64,000 bases of DNA from an uncultured cyanobacterium (GTDB taxonomy: Bacteria > Cyanobacteriota > Cyanobacteriia > Cyanobacteriales > Nostocaceae). A program made the position numbers and the translations under genes. Below, piece after piece: positions 54,551 through 63,650 of this stretch; the stretch's first letter is position 1; every line of letters starts with the position of its first letter. Location of the stretch: assembly GCA_963740315.1 (NCBI GenBank), contig CAVUDP010000003.1, positions 352,001 to 416,000 of the forward strand, given 5' to 3'. Below the pieces are notes generated by a model, which did no database searches, was not told the origin of the DNA, and saw nothing but the letters and a program-made list of their open reading frames with translations.

Positions 54551-54759
54551 GTTTATCAATCTCCTCAATACGTGTATTTCATAGTACAACAAATAAGATC
54601 CCTTACACTCTTACGAGAATTAAATGTAGAATCAAAAACCTCTGCGTCATTCTGCGAAAACCTTGGCGCGACTCTGGGTTTAAAAAATATTAAATAAGGG
54701 CAGGCAAGGATGCCCACCCCACAAGATTTATCTAATACCTCAATCCAAAATCCAAAATC

Positions 54760-56730
54760 CTATGCTCTTTCTCGCAATTTATCCAAGACGCTGATATCTT
54801 CCAATGTGGAAGTATCTCCAGATACCTCTTGCCCCGCCGCAAGATTTCTCAATAATCGCCGCATAATCTTACCAGAGCGAGTTTTGGGTAAAGCATCGGT
54901 AAAACGGATTTCACCAGGGCGTGCGATCGCGCCGATTTCTGCAACTACGTGCTTTTTCAGTTCTTTGTTCAGTTCTTCACTAGCTTCGCGATCGCCTTCT
55001 AAGGTCACAAATGCAACAATCTCTTCGCCTTTAATTTCATCGGGCTTACCCACCACAGCCGCTTCAGCTACCGCCGGATGGGAAACAAGAGCGGATTCAA
55101 CTTCCATCGTACCCAGGCGATGACCGGATACATTCAATACATCGTCTACCCGTCCCATTACCCAGAAGTAACCGTCTTCATCTTTTCTCGCACCATCGCC
55201 AGCAAAGTAGAGATATTTGCCATCCTTGGGTGGAATATGTTCCCAATAAGTGCGGCGGAAGCGATCGGGGTCGCCGTATACTGTTCTCATCATACCGGGC
55301 CACGGATGACGAACTACGAGATATCCACCTTCGTTATTTTCAACGGGGTTGCCGTCTAAGTCTACGATATCTGCAAGGATACCGGGGAAGGGACGAGTTG
55401 CCGAACCGGGTTTGGTAGGAATCGCGCCGGGTAAAGGTGTAATCATGATGCCGCCGGTTTCCGTTTGCCACCAAGTATCTACAATTGGACATTTTTCGCC
55501 GCCGATTACCTGGTGATACCACATCCAAGCTTCCGGGTTAATTGGTTCTCCCACGGTTCCCAACAACCGCAAAGAGGATAAATCCCGCGAAGAGGGGTGT
55601 TCGTCGCCCATTTTGATAAAGGCGCGAATTGCCGTAGGTGCGGTGTAAAATACTGTCACGCCGTACTTTTCCACCACATCCCAAAAACAGCCGGGATTCG
55701 ATTTACGAGGCGCACCTTCATACATTACCGTAGTTGCACCGTTGGAAAGCGGACCGTAAACGATGTAGCTATGTCCGGTAATCCAACCTACATCGGCAGT
55801 ACACCAATATACGTCGGTATCTTGGATATCGAAGATCCATTTGGTGGTCATGTGGCTGTAAAGGTTGTAGCCACCAGTGGTGTGAACAACGCCTTTCGGT
55901 TTGCCCGTGCTGCCAGAAGTGTATAAAACAAACAGCACATCTTCAGCATCCATTGGCTCTGCCGGACAATCTGCGGAAACCTCTTTTTGTAAATCGTGCC
56001 ACCAATAATCCCTTCCCGATTCCATCTGAACATCTTGCTTAGTACGCTGTACCACCAAGACATTTTCTACAGAAGGAGCGGCATTATTTTCCAAAGCCTT
56101 GTCAACTTGGGGCTTGAGAGGAACGATCGCATCCTTACGAAAACCACCATCGGCAGTAATTACCACCTTGGCTTTGGCATCGTTGAGGCGATCGCGTAAA
56201 GCTTCCGCACTGAAACCACCAAATACAACATTGTGAGGAGCGCCAATTCTGGCACAAGCTAACATGGCGATCGCCGCTTCGGGAATCATCGGCATATAAA
56301 TGCCCACGGTATCGCCTTTTTTTACGCCTAATTGTTTGAGTGCGTTGGCAAATTGACTAACTTCGCGGTGCAACTGTGCGTAAGTGATGGTGCGCGAGTC
56401 TCCCGGTTCACCTTCCCAAATAATCGCCGCTTTATTTTTGTTAGCAGTAGTGAGATGTCTGTCAAGACAGTTGTGAGAAATATTAATCTTACCGTTAACA
56501 AACCACTTAGCAAAAGGTGGTTGCCAATCCAATACAGTATCCCAGTGTTGAAACCAGTCTAATTCCTTTTCGGCAAGTTCAGCCCAGAAAGCTTCGGGGT
56601 TTGATTTTGCCTTGTCGTAGAGACGCTGATAGTCTTCCGCGCTTTTGATGTGGGCATTTTGCGAGAATTCCGCACTGGGAGGGAATAAACGCTTTTCTTG
56701 GAGAATTGATTCTATATTTGCTTCAGCCAT
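54760..56730 (-). CDS. acs: Acetyl-CoA synthetase
   Basis: [20 protein letters not shown] and [12 protein letters not shown]. Confidence 0.97.
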   Translation of the reverse strand: MAEANIESILQEKRLFPPSAEFSQNAHIKSAEDYQRLYDKAKSNPEAFWAELAEKELDWFQHWDTVLDWQPPFAKWFVNGKINISHNCLDRHLTTANKNKAAIIWEGEPGDSRTITYAQLHREVSQFANALKQLGVKKGDTVGIYMPMIPEAAIAMLACARIGAPHNVVFGGFSAEALRDRLNDAKAKVVITADGGFRKDAIVPLKPQVDKALENNAAPSVENVLVVQRTKQDVQMESGRDYWWHDLQKEVSADCPAEPMDAEDVLFVLYTSGSTGKPKGVVHTTGGYNLYSHMTTKWIFDIQDTDVYWCTADVGWITGHSYIVYGPLSNGATTVMYEGAPRKSNPGCFWDVVEKYGVTVFYTAPTAIRAFIKMGDEHPSSRDLSSLRLLGTVGEPINPEAWMWYHQVIGGEKCPIVDTWWQTETGGIMITPLPGAIPTKPGSATRPFPGILADIVDLDGNPVENNEGGYLVVRHPWPGMMRTVYGDPDRFRRTYWEHIPPKDGKYLYFAGDGARKDEDGYFWVMGRVDDVLNVSGHRLGTMEVESALVSHPAVAEAAVVGKPDEIKGEEIVAFVTLEGDREASEELNKELKKHVVAEIGAIARPGEIRFTDALPKTRSGKIMRRLLRNLAAGQEVSGDTSTLEDISVLDKLRERA

Positions 56731-57025
56731 AATTTGTAATTAAGTTCGTTATAGTTATTGTCTATTTTTAACGATTATTTGTCAGAGAATCTCTTGTAAA
56801 GTTTGACGTGAAGAGCATCTCCGCGTCAACTTTACGCTGCTTAGATTTTCCGGATTGTATAGGAGTTATGACCTATACATCTCTGGCGCATGATAGCAAG
56901 GAGTTAGGAAAACACAAAGTTAATTGACACACATTGATACAATTCAATACCCCATACATTAGCCCTCACCCTCGAAGGGTGGGGCTACAACTACAAAGCC
57001 CACCTGCGTGGGCTATTTTTATTAG

Positions 57026-57349
57026 TTTTTTTTAGTAATTGAAACAAAAAATAGTGCGATCAATGTATTTGAAGGTTTACCGCAATTGTTAACTTACGCT
57101 TTCAAAAGTTTAGAGCAGCAACAATTAGTTTGGGGTTTAGTTACTAACGGACAACGCTATCAATTTGTTTATTTAGATCGGGAAAATCCCCCGAATTATC
57201 AATTAATGCCTTTAGTTAATCTGAGTGAAATACAAGGTTCGATTTTATTGTTACAAGTTATGAAAGCTATTTGTGAGTTACCGGGTAAATTTTTAAGGTC
57301 CGAAGCCCCCGGATTTATCCGTGGATTATGCCATGCACGAAGCCCCTAA
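57026..57349 (+). pseudogene. 5'-truncated HsdR-N-like / PD-(D/E)XK restriction-family fragment
   Basis: LVIETKNSAI...GLPQLLTY...WGLVTNG pattern. No N-terminal half, and it begins just after a REP-like hairpin pair at 56961-57015. Confidence 0.6.
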
Positions 57350-57505
57350 ATTCAATTTATGGGGCATTAATTACGAATTATACTCACCGGGTTTTAGTTT
57401 ATGATTAATATCTTTTAACGCAGAGGAGCGCAAAGTAAAACGCAGAGGAGCGCAGAGTTTTTGACTTATATGTTGAATAAATAGTGAGAAAATATTGGAG
57501 AGATT

Positions 57506-57826
57506 ATGAAAGAAGTTAAAGCACCGACAAGTAAAAGTTACAAGGAATATCTTATTTCATCTCTAAAGGATTCTCAAGAAGCAGCAGCATATATTGAGAC
57601 TTTTTTAGAACTAGGTGAAGATGGTTACGAGCCAAAAATGTTAAGTTCTGCTTTGGAAGAAGTAGTAGAAGCAAGAAAACGCAGCGATAATTTTTCCGAA
57701 ACAGCGCAACAATATTACGAACAACTCGATAAAATCCTGGCTGAAACTGGTGGTGCGGAAATTCTAAAGTTAATTGAATTTTTGGATGCTTTGGGTTATC
57801 GAATTAGTTTGGTCGATCGAGATTAA
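57506..57826 (+). CDS. HigA-like antitoxin A1 (orphan, with a toxin 3' remnant upstream)
   Basis: Paralog of 58242, 58978 and 53320. Confidence 0.82.
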   Translation: MKEVKAPTSKSYKEYLISSLKDSQEAAAYIETFLELGEDGYEPKMLSSALEEVVEARKRSDNFSETAQQYYEQLDKILAETGGAEILKLIEFLDALGYRISLVDRD

Positions 57827-57924
57827 TTTTTTTGTATCGTTAATAACTAAAACTCTTTCAAAAATTTAATTCACATCTTACTATAAACACAGAATTAATC
57901 TACGAACAATGTAAAATCATCTTA

Positions 57925-58245
57925 ATGGAAGCACAGCCACGAGAAATTAGAAATTATCAAACCTTTAATGGAAAAGAACCTTTTGATGAATGGCTTAATT
58001 CATTGCGAGATATTCAGGTACGAGTCAAAATAGAAAAAAGACTTAGCCGTGTTGCACAAGGTAACTTAGGAAATTATCGCTCAGTAGGAAATGGTGTCTG
58101 CGAACTAAAAATTAATTATGGTGCCGGATATAGAGTTTATTTCGGACAAATAGGTACTCAAATTATACTTCTTCTTTGTGCAGGAGATAAAAGCACCCAA
58201 CAACAGGATATTCAAACAGCCTTCGTAATATTGGCAAAATTATGA
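57925..58245 (+). CDS. RelE/HigB-like toxin T2
   Basis: PFDEWLNSLRD...GNLGNYRSVG...GYRVYF...GDKSTQ. Confidence 0.9.
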   Translation: MEAQPREIRNYQTFNGKEPFDEWLNSLRDIQVRVKIEKRLSRVAQGNLGNYRSVGNGVCELKINYGAGYRVYFGQIGTQIILLLCAGDKSTQQQDIQTAFVILAKL

Positions 58246-58562
58246 AAGACGTGAAAGCACAGACAAGTACTAGCTATAGAGAATCTTTAATTAATTCTCT
58301 CAAAGACTCCGAACACGCTGCGGCGTACATTGCGGTAATGTTGGAATTAGATGAGGAAGGTTATGATGCTAAAATTTTTCGTTCTGCTTTAGAAGAAGTT
58401 GTAGAAGCACGGAAACGCAGCGATGATTTTTCCGAAACAGCGCAACAATATTACGAACAACTCGATAAAATCCTGGCTGAAACTGGTGGTGCGGAAATTC
58501 TTAAGTTAGTTGAATTTTTGGATGCTTTGGGTTATCGAATTAGTTTGGTCGATCGAGATTAA
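58242..58562 (+). CDS. HigA-like antitoxin A2
   Basis: ATGA overlap with T2 and paralogous to A1/A3. Confidence 0.82.
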   Translation: MKDVKAQTSTSYRESLINSLKDSEHAAAYIAVMLELDEEGYDAKIFRSALEEVVEARKRSDDFSETAQQYYEQLDKILAETGGAEILKLVEFLDALGYRISLVDRD

Positions 58563-58660
58563 TTTTTTTGTATCGTTAATAACTAAAACTCTTTCAAAAA
58601 TTTAATTCACATCTTACTATAAACACAGAATTAATCTACGAACAATGTAAAATCATCTTA

Positions 58661-58981
58661 ATGGAAGCACAGCCACGAGAAATTAGAAATTATCAAACCT
58701 TTAATGGAAAAGAACCTTTTGCAAAATGGCTTGATAATCTGCGAGATATGCGAGCAGTAGATAAAATCGAAAAAAGGCTTAAGCGAGTTCAAGCGGGAAA
58801 TTTAGGAGACTACCGTTCTGTTGGAGAAGGAGTTTTTGAATTTAAAATTAATTATGGGCCGGGTTATCGGATATATTTTGGACAAATAGGAACAATAATT
58901 TTACTTATTCTCTGTGGTGGAGATAAAAGTACACAACAACAGGATATTCAAACAGCCTTCGTAATATTGGAGAGATTATGA
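58661..58981 (+). CDS. RelE/HigB-like toxin T3
   Basis: Paralog of T2 at +736 bp. Confidence 0.9.
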   Translation: MEAQPREIRNYQTFNGKEPFAKWLDNLRDMRAVDKIEKRLKRVQAGNLGDYRSVGEGVFEFKINYGPGYRIYFGQIGTIILLILCGGDKSTQQQDIQTAFVILERL

Positions 58982-59298
58982 AGGAAGTGAAAGCAGCGAC
59001 GAGTACTAGTTATAAAGAATATTTAATTAATTCTCTGAAAAATCCGGAACGTGAGAAAGGTTACATTGCGGTAATGTTGGAATTAGATGAGGAAGGTTAC
59101 GATGCAAAAATATTTCGTTCTGCTTTAGAAGAAGTAGTAGAAGCAAGAAAACGCAGCGATAATTTTTCCGAAACAGCGCAACAATATTACGAACAACTCG
59201 ATAAAATCCTGGCTGAAACTGGTGGTGCGGAAATTCTTAAGTTAATTGAATTTTTGGATGCTTTGGGTTATCGAATTAGTTTGGTTGATCAAGATTGA
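58978..59298 (+). CDS. HigA-like antitoxin A3
   Basis: ATGA overlap with T3, at +736 bp from A2. Confidence 0.82.
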   Translation: MKEVKAATSTSYKEYLINSLKNPEREKGYIAVMLELDEEGYDAKIFRSALEEVVEARKRSDNFSETAQQYYEQLDKILAETGGAEILKLIEFLDALGYRISLVDQD

Positions 59299-59372
59299 TT
59301 TATGGATTTATTTTTGGAAGTTATTTCAATTTGAATTAATACAGCAGTTCAAACTGATGTTAAATTATTAGA

Positions 59373-60263
59373 ATGAGCAATTTACCGCAGGCTGATTTAA
59401 CCAAAAATCCCTATCCTGCTTTATCCGAGAGTCCTATCTTTTCAAGCGAACGATCGGGATGGTCGGGTATGTTTTTTAATCATTACAACCACCCCGCTCA
59501 TGAAAGTCCGGAATTTCAGTATACGCAACACATTATTGGGATTACGGGAAGCGGTCATCCAATGTATTCAGAACATCGGTTTGACGGTCACTTACAATCT
59601 CACTATTCTAAACCCGGTGAAGTGGTTTTTATTCCTGCTGAGATAAATTATTCATCTAAATGGGAGAAAACGGGTGAGTTTTCTTTGATTGGTTTTTTCC
59701 CAACATTTTTTGAGCAAATTGTTAACGAATCGGTTCAAACTAAAGGAGTGGAATTGATTCCTCAGATAGGTTTGAATGACCCATTTATTCAACAGATGGG
59801 AATTGCTCTTAAAGCTGATATAGAAGCAGGTTATCCAACGGGAAAAATGTTCGGTGAATCTTTAGCAACGGGATTGGTTATTCATTTAGTTAAGCATTAT
59901 TCTGCTTGGAAAGTAAAACTCCCCTCTAAATCTGCTAGAGGTTTAACACCGTATGAGTTGGAAATAATTGAAGATTATATCAGCGCTCATCTCAACCAAA
60001 ATATTTCGCTATCGGAGATGGGAGGAATTATAAATTTGAGCCAATATCATTTCTGTCGTTTATTTAAGCAATCAACTGGTATAACTCCACATCAATATTT
60101 AACTCAATGTCGGATTAATCGAGCAAAGCAGTTGTTATCAAAGAGTAAATTAACAATTACTGAAATTGCTTTTGAAATAGGCTTGAACAATCATAGTTCT
60201 TTTACAAGACTTTTTCGTAAATATGTAGGTATTACACCAAACTCTTTCAGAGCATCACAATAG
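59373..60263 (+). CDS. AraC family transcriptional regulator
   Basis: LSQYHFCRLFKQSTGITPHQY...ITEIAFEIG...FRKYVGITPNSFR. Confidence 0.93.
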   Translation: MSNLPQADLTKNPYPALSESPIFSSERSGWSGMFFNHYNHPAHESPEFQYTQHIIGITGSGHPMYSEHRFDGHLQSHYSKPGEVVFIPAEINYSSKWEKTGEFSLIGFFPTFFEQIVNESVQTKGVELIPQIGLNDPFIQQMGIALKADIEAGYPTGKMFGESLATGLVIHLVKHYSAWKVKLPSKSARGLTPYELEIIEDYISAHLNQNISLSEMGGIINLSQYHFCRLFKQSTGITPHQYLTQCRINRAKQLLSKSKLTITEIAFEIGLNNHSSFTRLFRKYVGITPNSFRASQ

Positions 60264-60401
60264 CAAATTGAGCAAGATTTGCACAGTTTAAGCAAATTTA
60301 GTCAAGCTTTAGATAAAGGACGATAGCTATACTCAGCATATTCCAATCTTAATAAATATCAAACATTAAACAAAACCGAGTTTTTGTGAAAGGAGTATGC
60401 A

Positions 60402-60941
60402 ATGACAACAGTTAAAGTAGAGCAAAAAAACAAAAAACCTTTCAAATTAAACGTTAAACAAAAAAATTGGGTTCTATCGTTTCACATAGGCTTTGCTACA
60501 TTATGGACTGGAACCGTTTTAAGTATGTTTTTGATTGCACTTAGAAATAAAGATACCGCAAACTCTGACATTTTGTTTGCACTCAACTCAGCGATTAATC
60601 TACTCGATGATGTGGTTGTAATTCCAGCAGCAATTGGTTCGGTACTTACAGCAACATTACTTTGCTGGGGAAGCAATTATGGCTTTTTTAAATTCTATTG
60701 GGTAATAACTAAATGGATTTTGACCACTGGATTAATAATTTTTGGAACCTTCTGGTTATTTCCTTGGGGTAATGCTGCTGAAGATATTGCATTATCAGAG
60801 GGATTAGAAGCTTTCAAAAATCCTATTTACTTATTTGATGCTAAGGGAGTAATTATCGGTTCGCTGATTCAGGTTTCATTTCTCTTCGTTATCATTGCTA
60901 TTTCTACATTGAAGCCGTGGGGAAGAAAAAGTGTAAAATAA
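60402..60941 (+). CDS. Four-TM membrane protein (DUF2269-like)
   Basis: HIGFATLWTG...YGFFKFYWVITKW...LKPWG, with SD AAGGAG. Probable AraC target. Confidence 0.7.
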   Translation: MTTVKVEQKNKKPFKLNVKQKNWVLSFHIGFATLWTGTVLSMFLIALRNKDTANSDILFALNSAINLLDDVVVIPAAIGSVLTATLLCWGSNYGFFKFYWVITKWILTTGLIIFGTFWLFPWGNAAEDIALSEGLEAFKNPIYLFDAKGVIIGSLIQVSFLFVIIAISTLKPWGRKSVK

Positions 60942-61226
60942 AAATACAGCAAACAAAACAAATTTAAGATATAAATATCCGAATCTTAGAACAATTCGTA
61001 AAATCTAGAAATCATGCAGCGAGAAAGGAAACAGAAAAAACCTTGGTGGAAAAGACTTTTCGGTAAATAAAAAATCTCTCTTTCTTCTCTTCCTCTGCGC
61101 TCTCCGCGTCTCTGCGGTTTTTTATCATTGATTATTATCACAAATAACAGATGGTGCGTTACGGCATTTTCAAAATGGTAATTTAGAATTCAATATAATT
61201 AGAGCCATAACACACCCTACAAAAAT

Positions 61227-61322
61227 TGTCATTGCGAGCGACAGCGAAGCAATCCCAATCACTGCGATGAACCGCACCTTCGGTGATTGCTTCACTACGC
61301 TGACGCTCCGTTCGCAATGACA
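61227..61322. repeat. Palindromic element TGTCATTGCGA...TCGCAATGACA
   Basis: Same family as 18574-18661. Confidence 0.78.
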
Positions 61323-61343
61323 GAACTACTTATCCGTGCCCTT

Positions 61344-62735
61344 TTAAACCGGCAAACTAACGGTAAAAACACTCCCTTCACTCAATTTAGAACGCACGGA
61401 AACTTTACCACCCATTCCTTCAACCAAAGTTTTAACAATCGATAAACCCAAGCCAGTTCCACCTGCACGGTTACGGGCTTCATCTACTCGATAAAAACGC
61501 TCAAAAATCCGCGATTGATGTTGTAAAGTTATGCCATAACCCACGTCACAAACTTGGACGCATCCTTCATCTTCCTTCCGAGATAACTTCAACGTAATTG
61601 GCGTTCCGGCTTCGGAATATTTAACAGCATTGTCAATCAAATTAAGCAATACTTGTTTAAGACGGTTATAGTCTGCTTTGACTTCAATTAAATATGTTGG
61701 AGCCTCAATTGTAATATGGCGATCGCTGTATTTTTCTGCCATTTCCACAACTTCGCTGACTACATCATTCAAGATGCAGTTTTCTATATTCAAATGTAAA
61801 TTACCATGATCTGCTCTGGCTAATTCGAGCAAATCTTGTAATAAACTTATAGTACTTTCTGCTTCCGATGCCGCAGTTTCTAAAGCTTCTTTCTGAATTT
61901 CCGTTAAGTTCTGTTGCCTTCTTAATACGCTTTGCAAGTAACCGTGGACAATTGTCAATGGCGTGCGTAATTCGTGAGATACATTACTAACAAATTGCCG
62001 CTCTTTTTCCCAAGATTCGGAAAGACGAGCCAGCATCATATTACAGGTTTCAGCTAACTGTTTCACTTCGGTGGGTGCTTTATCAAAATACAGTTGTGCC
62101 TTTCCTAAATCGTCAGCAGAAATCACTTCTGTTATTTCACTTAGTTGTCGCAAAGGCTTCAGGGAACGCTGAACATAAAATGCGATCGCACCAGCCATAA
62201 CAACAATTACCAAAACGCTGGTAGCACCCACACCTTGCATCATTGCTACAAACATAGTTTGATCGCGGGTGATATCTTGCGCTACCGAAATATTACCTAT
62301 TACCTTTCCCTGTATCTTGAGAGAATCGCTGCACAATACAAAATATCTATTATCAACTTGAATAACTTTAGGTTTGTTTGGTATATTTGTTAAAGAAACT
62401 AATTTATTTTCTTGAGAGTTCGGTGATTTAATTAAATTATTAGATTTTGCTAATACTTGATTATCTAAACTTTCTACCCATAATAATGCGTTATTAGTCT
62501 TAAAATTATTAATAGCTTGGGAAATCGCTTCTTCTTCCGAACCCATTCTGCTCAAGATTTCAACGTCACGCGGTATTTGTGTAGCGATTTCTTCAATATT
62601 CTTTTTATGGCTGTCAATTAATATTCGCTGCATTCTCCAACCAGTCCAAGAAGCAAGACTTCCTAAACCTAAAATATAAAAAGCAGCAACACCGGCTGTT
62701 AAGCGTAATCTTAAAGAATTAAAGTCAAGTTTCAT
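61344..62735 (-). CDS. Membrane sensor histidine kinase (HAMP-HisKA-HATPase)
   Basis: VSHELRTPL, NLIDNAVKY, FERFYRVD and GTGLGL, with two TMs. Confidence 0.95.
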   Translation of the reverse strand: MKLDFNSLRLRLTAGVAAFYILGLGSLASWTGWRMQRILIDSHKKNIEEIATQIPRDVEILSRMGSEEEAISQAINNFKTNNALLWVESLDNQVLAKSNNLIKSPNSQENKLVSLTNIPNKPKVIQVDNRYFVLCSDSLKIQGKVIGNISVAQDITRDQTMFVAMMQGVGATSVLVIVVMAGAIAFYVQRSLKPLRQLSEITEVISADDLGKAQLYFDKAPTEVKQLAETCNMMLARLSESWEKERQFVSNVSHELRTPLTIVHGYLQSVLRRQQNLTEIQKEALETAASEAESTISLLQDLLELARADHGNLHLNIENCILNDVVSEVVEMAEKYSDRHITIEAPTYLIEVKADYNRLKQVLLNLIDNAVKYSEAGTPITLKLSRKEDEGCVQVCDVGYGITLQHQSRIFERFYRVDEARNRAGGTGLGLSIVKTLVEGMGGKVSVRSKLSEGSVFTVSLPV

Positions 62736-62743
62736 ATAATAAT

Positions 62744-62892
62744 TAGTTGTTAGTTGTTAGTTGATAGTTGATAGTTGATAGTAGTTATAGAAGTTAATTT
62801 TAGTATTTTAAAATAGTTAATTATCAGCTATCTCTTTTCTTTAATAATTGATAACTGATAACTGATAACTGATAATTGTTCACTGTTCACTG
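62744..62892. repeat. STRR heptamers (TAGTTGT/TAGTTGA, ACTGATA)
   Basis: Tandem heptamers in the intergenic region. Confidence 0.75.
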
Positions 62893-63588
62893 TTAAGAAC
62901 ACGTTTTATTTACAAAGTCGCATTGAAAGACAAAAGGTTTCTGCCAACTTAAAGGAATTTCTAATAAATCTCTAACTCCTGTCATACCTTGTCCGATAAA
63001 TAGTAGTAGAGCGAAAGTATTTACAACTGTATGGATAATGCGCCATTTGTTGGTTTTGTCGCGGTAAATTTCCGGTACAATTGCTAGGGAGAAAACCATT
63101 AGTAAAGATGCGGTAATACCAATATAGTAATGCGACCAATACCATTCATTTGTACGCCGAAAAACTCCATCTTGGCAACCTAATATAACTATTCCCATTC
63201 CCGTTAAGGTTGCAAAAGTTGCTCGCCACTTTTTTTCTTTAGCTTTGTAGAGAAATACTAAAGAAGCGATAGTCGCAGCGAACAATAAAAAGATAAAAAC
63301 CACTTGAAAAGGTGATTTACTCAACAATTCTTGTTTGATAATATTTTCTACAATTGGATGCCCTACACCAAGTAAAGTTAGTCCGACAACCGAACCTGTT
63401 AATAAGTCTCCCATCCGTTTGTGTTCAGATCCAACAACCGGGGGAATTTTGGTTTTAATTTTGGCTTTGGTTTGCAAACGACGCTGACGTGCAGCCCAAG
63501 CAAAGTTTACTACATTACCGATCAGAGGGAATACAAAAATAATTGCGATCGCCGGATGTATGAGTGTAATAAAATCTGTTAGTTCCAT
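62893..63588 (-). CDS. DUF4079 family membrane protein
   Basis: LIHP...RQRR...H...WYWSHYY...H...GQGMTGVRDLLEIP. Confidence 0.82.
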   Translation of the reverse strand: MELTDFITLIHPAIAIIFVFPLIGNVVNFAWAARQRRLQTKAKIKTKIPPVVGSEHKRMGDLLTGSVVGLTLLGVGHPIVENIIKQELLSKSPFQVVFIFLLFAATIASLVFLYKAKEKKWRATFATLTGMGIVILGCQDGVFRRTNEWYWSHYYIGITASLLMVFSLAIVPEIYRDKTNKWRIIHTVVNTFALLLFIGQGMTGVRDLLEIPLSWQKPFVFQCDFVNKTCS

Positions 63589-63650
63589 TCTTGTCTAAGC
63601 CTTGTATTGTGAATTGTGGAGGAGGAGCGATTGTGAAAGAATAAAATAAC

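Noticed and set aside
54574..54587. GTA-N8-TAC upstream of the DUF4365-like gene
   Set aside because: It lies only about 24 nt from the start codon with no properly spaced -10, and such matches are frequent by chance in AT-rich DNA.
54472..56562. Multiple short ORFs overlapping acs
   Set aside because: These are shadow ORFs of a conserved GC-richer gene.
57299..57366. IS200/IS605-like end hairpins (AAGCCCCCGGATTTATCCGTGG; GCCCCTAAATTCAATTTATGGGGC)
   Set aside because: No tnpA or tnpB is adjacent. They are at most non-autonomous remnants, so no IS is called.
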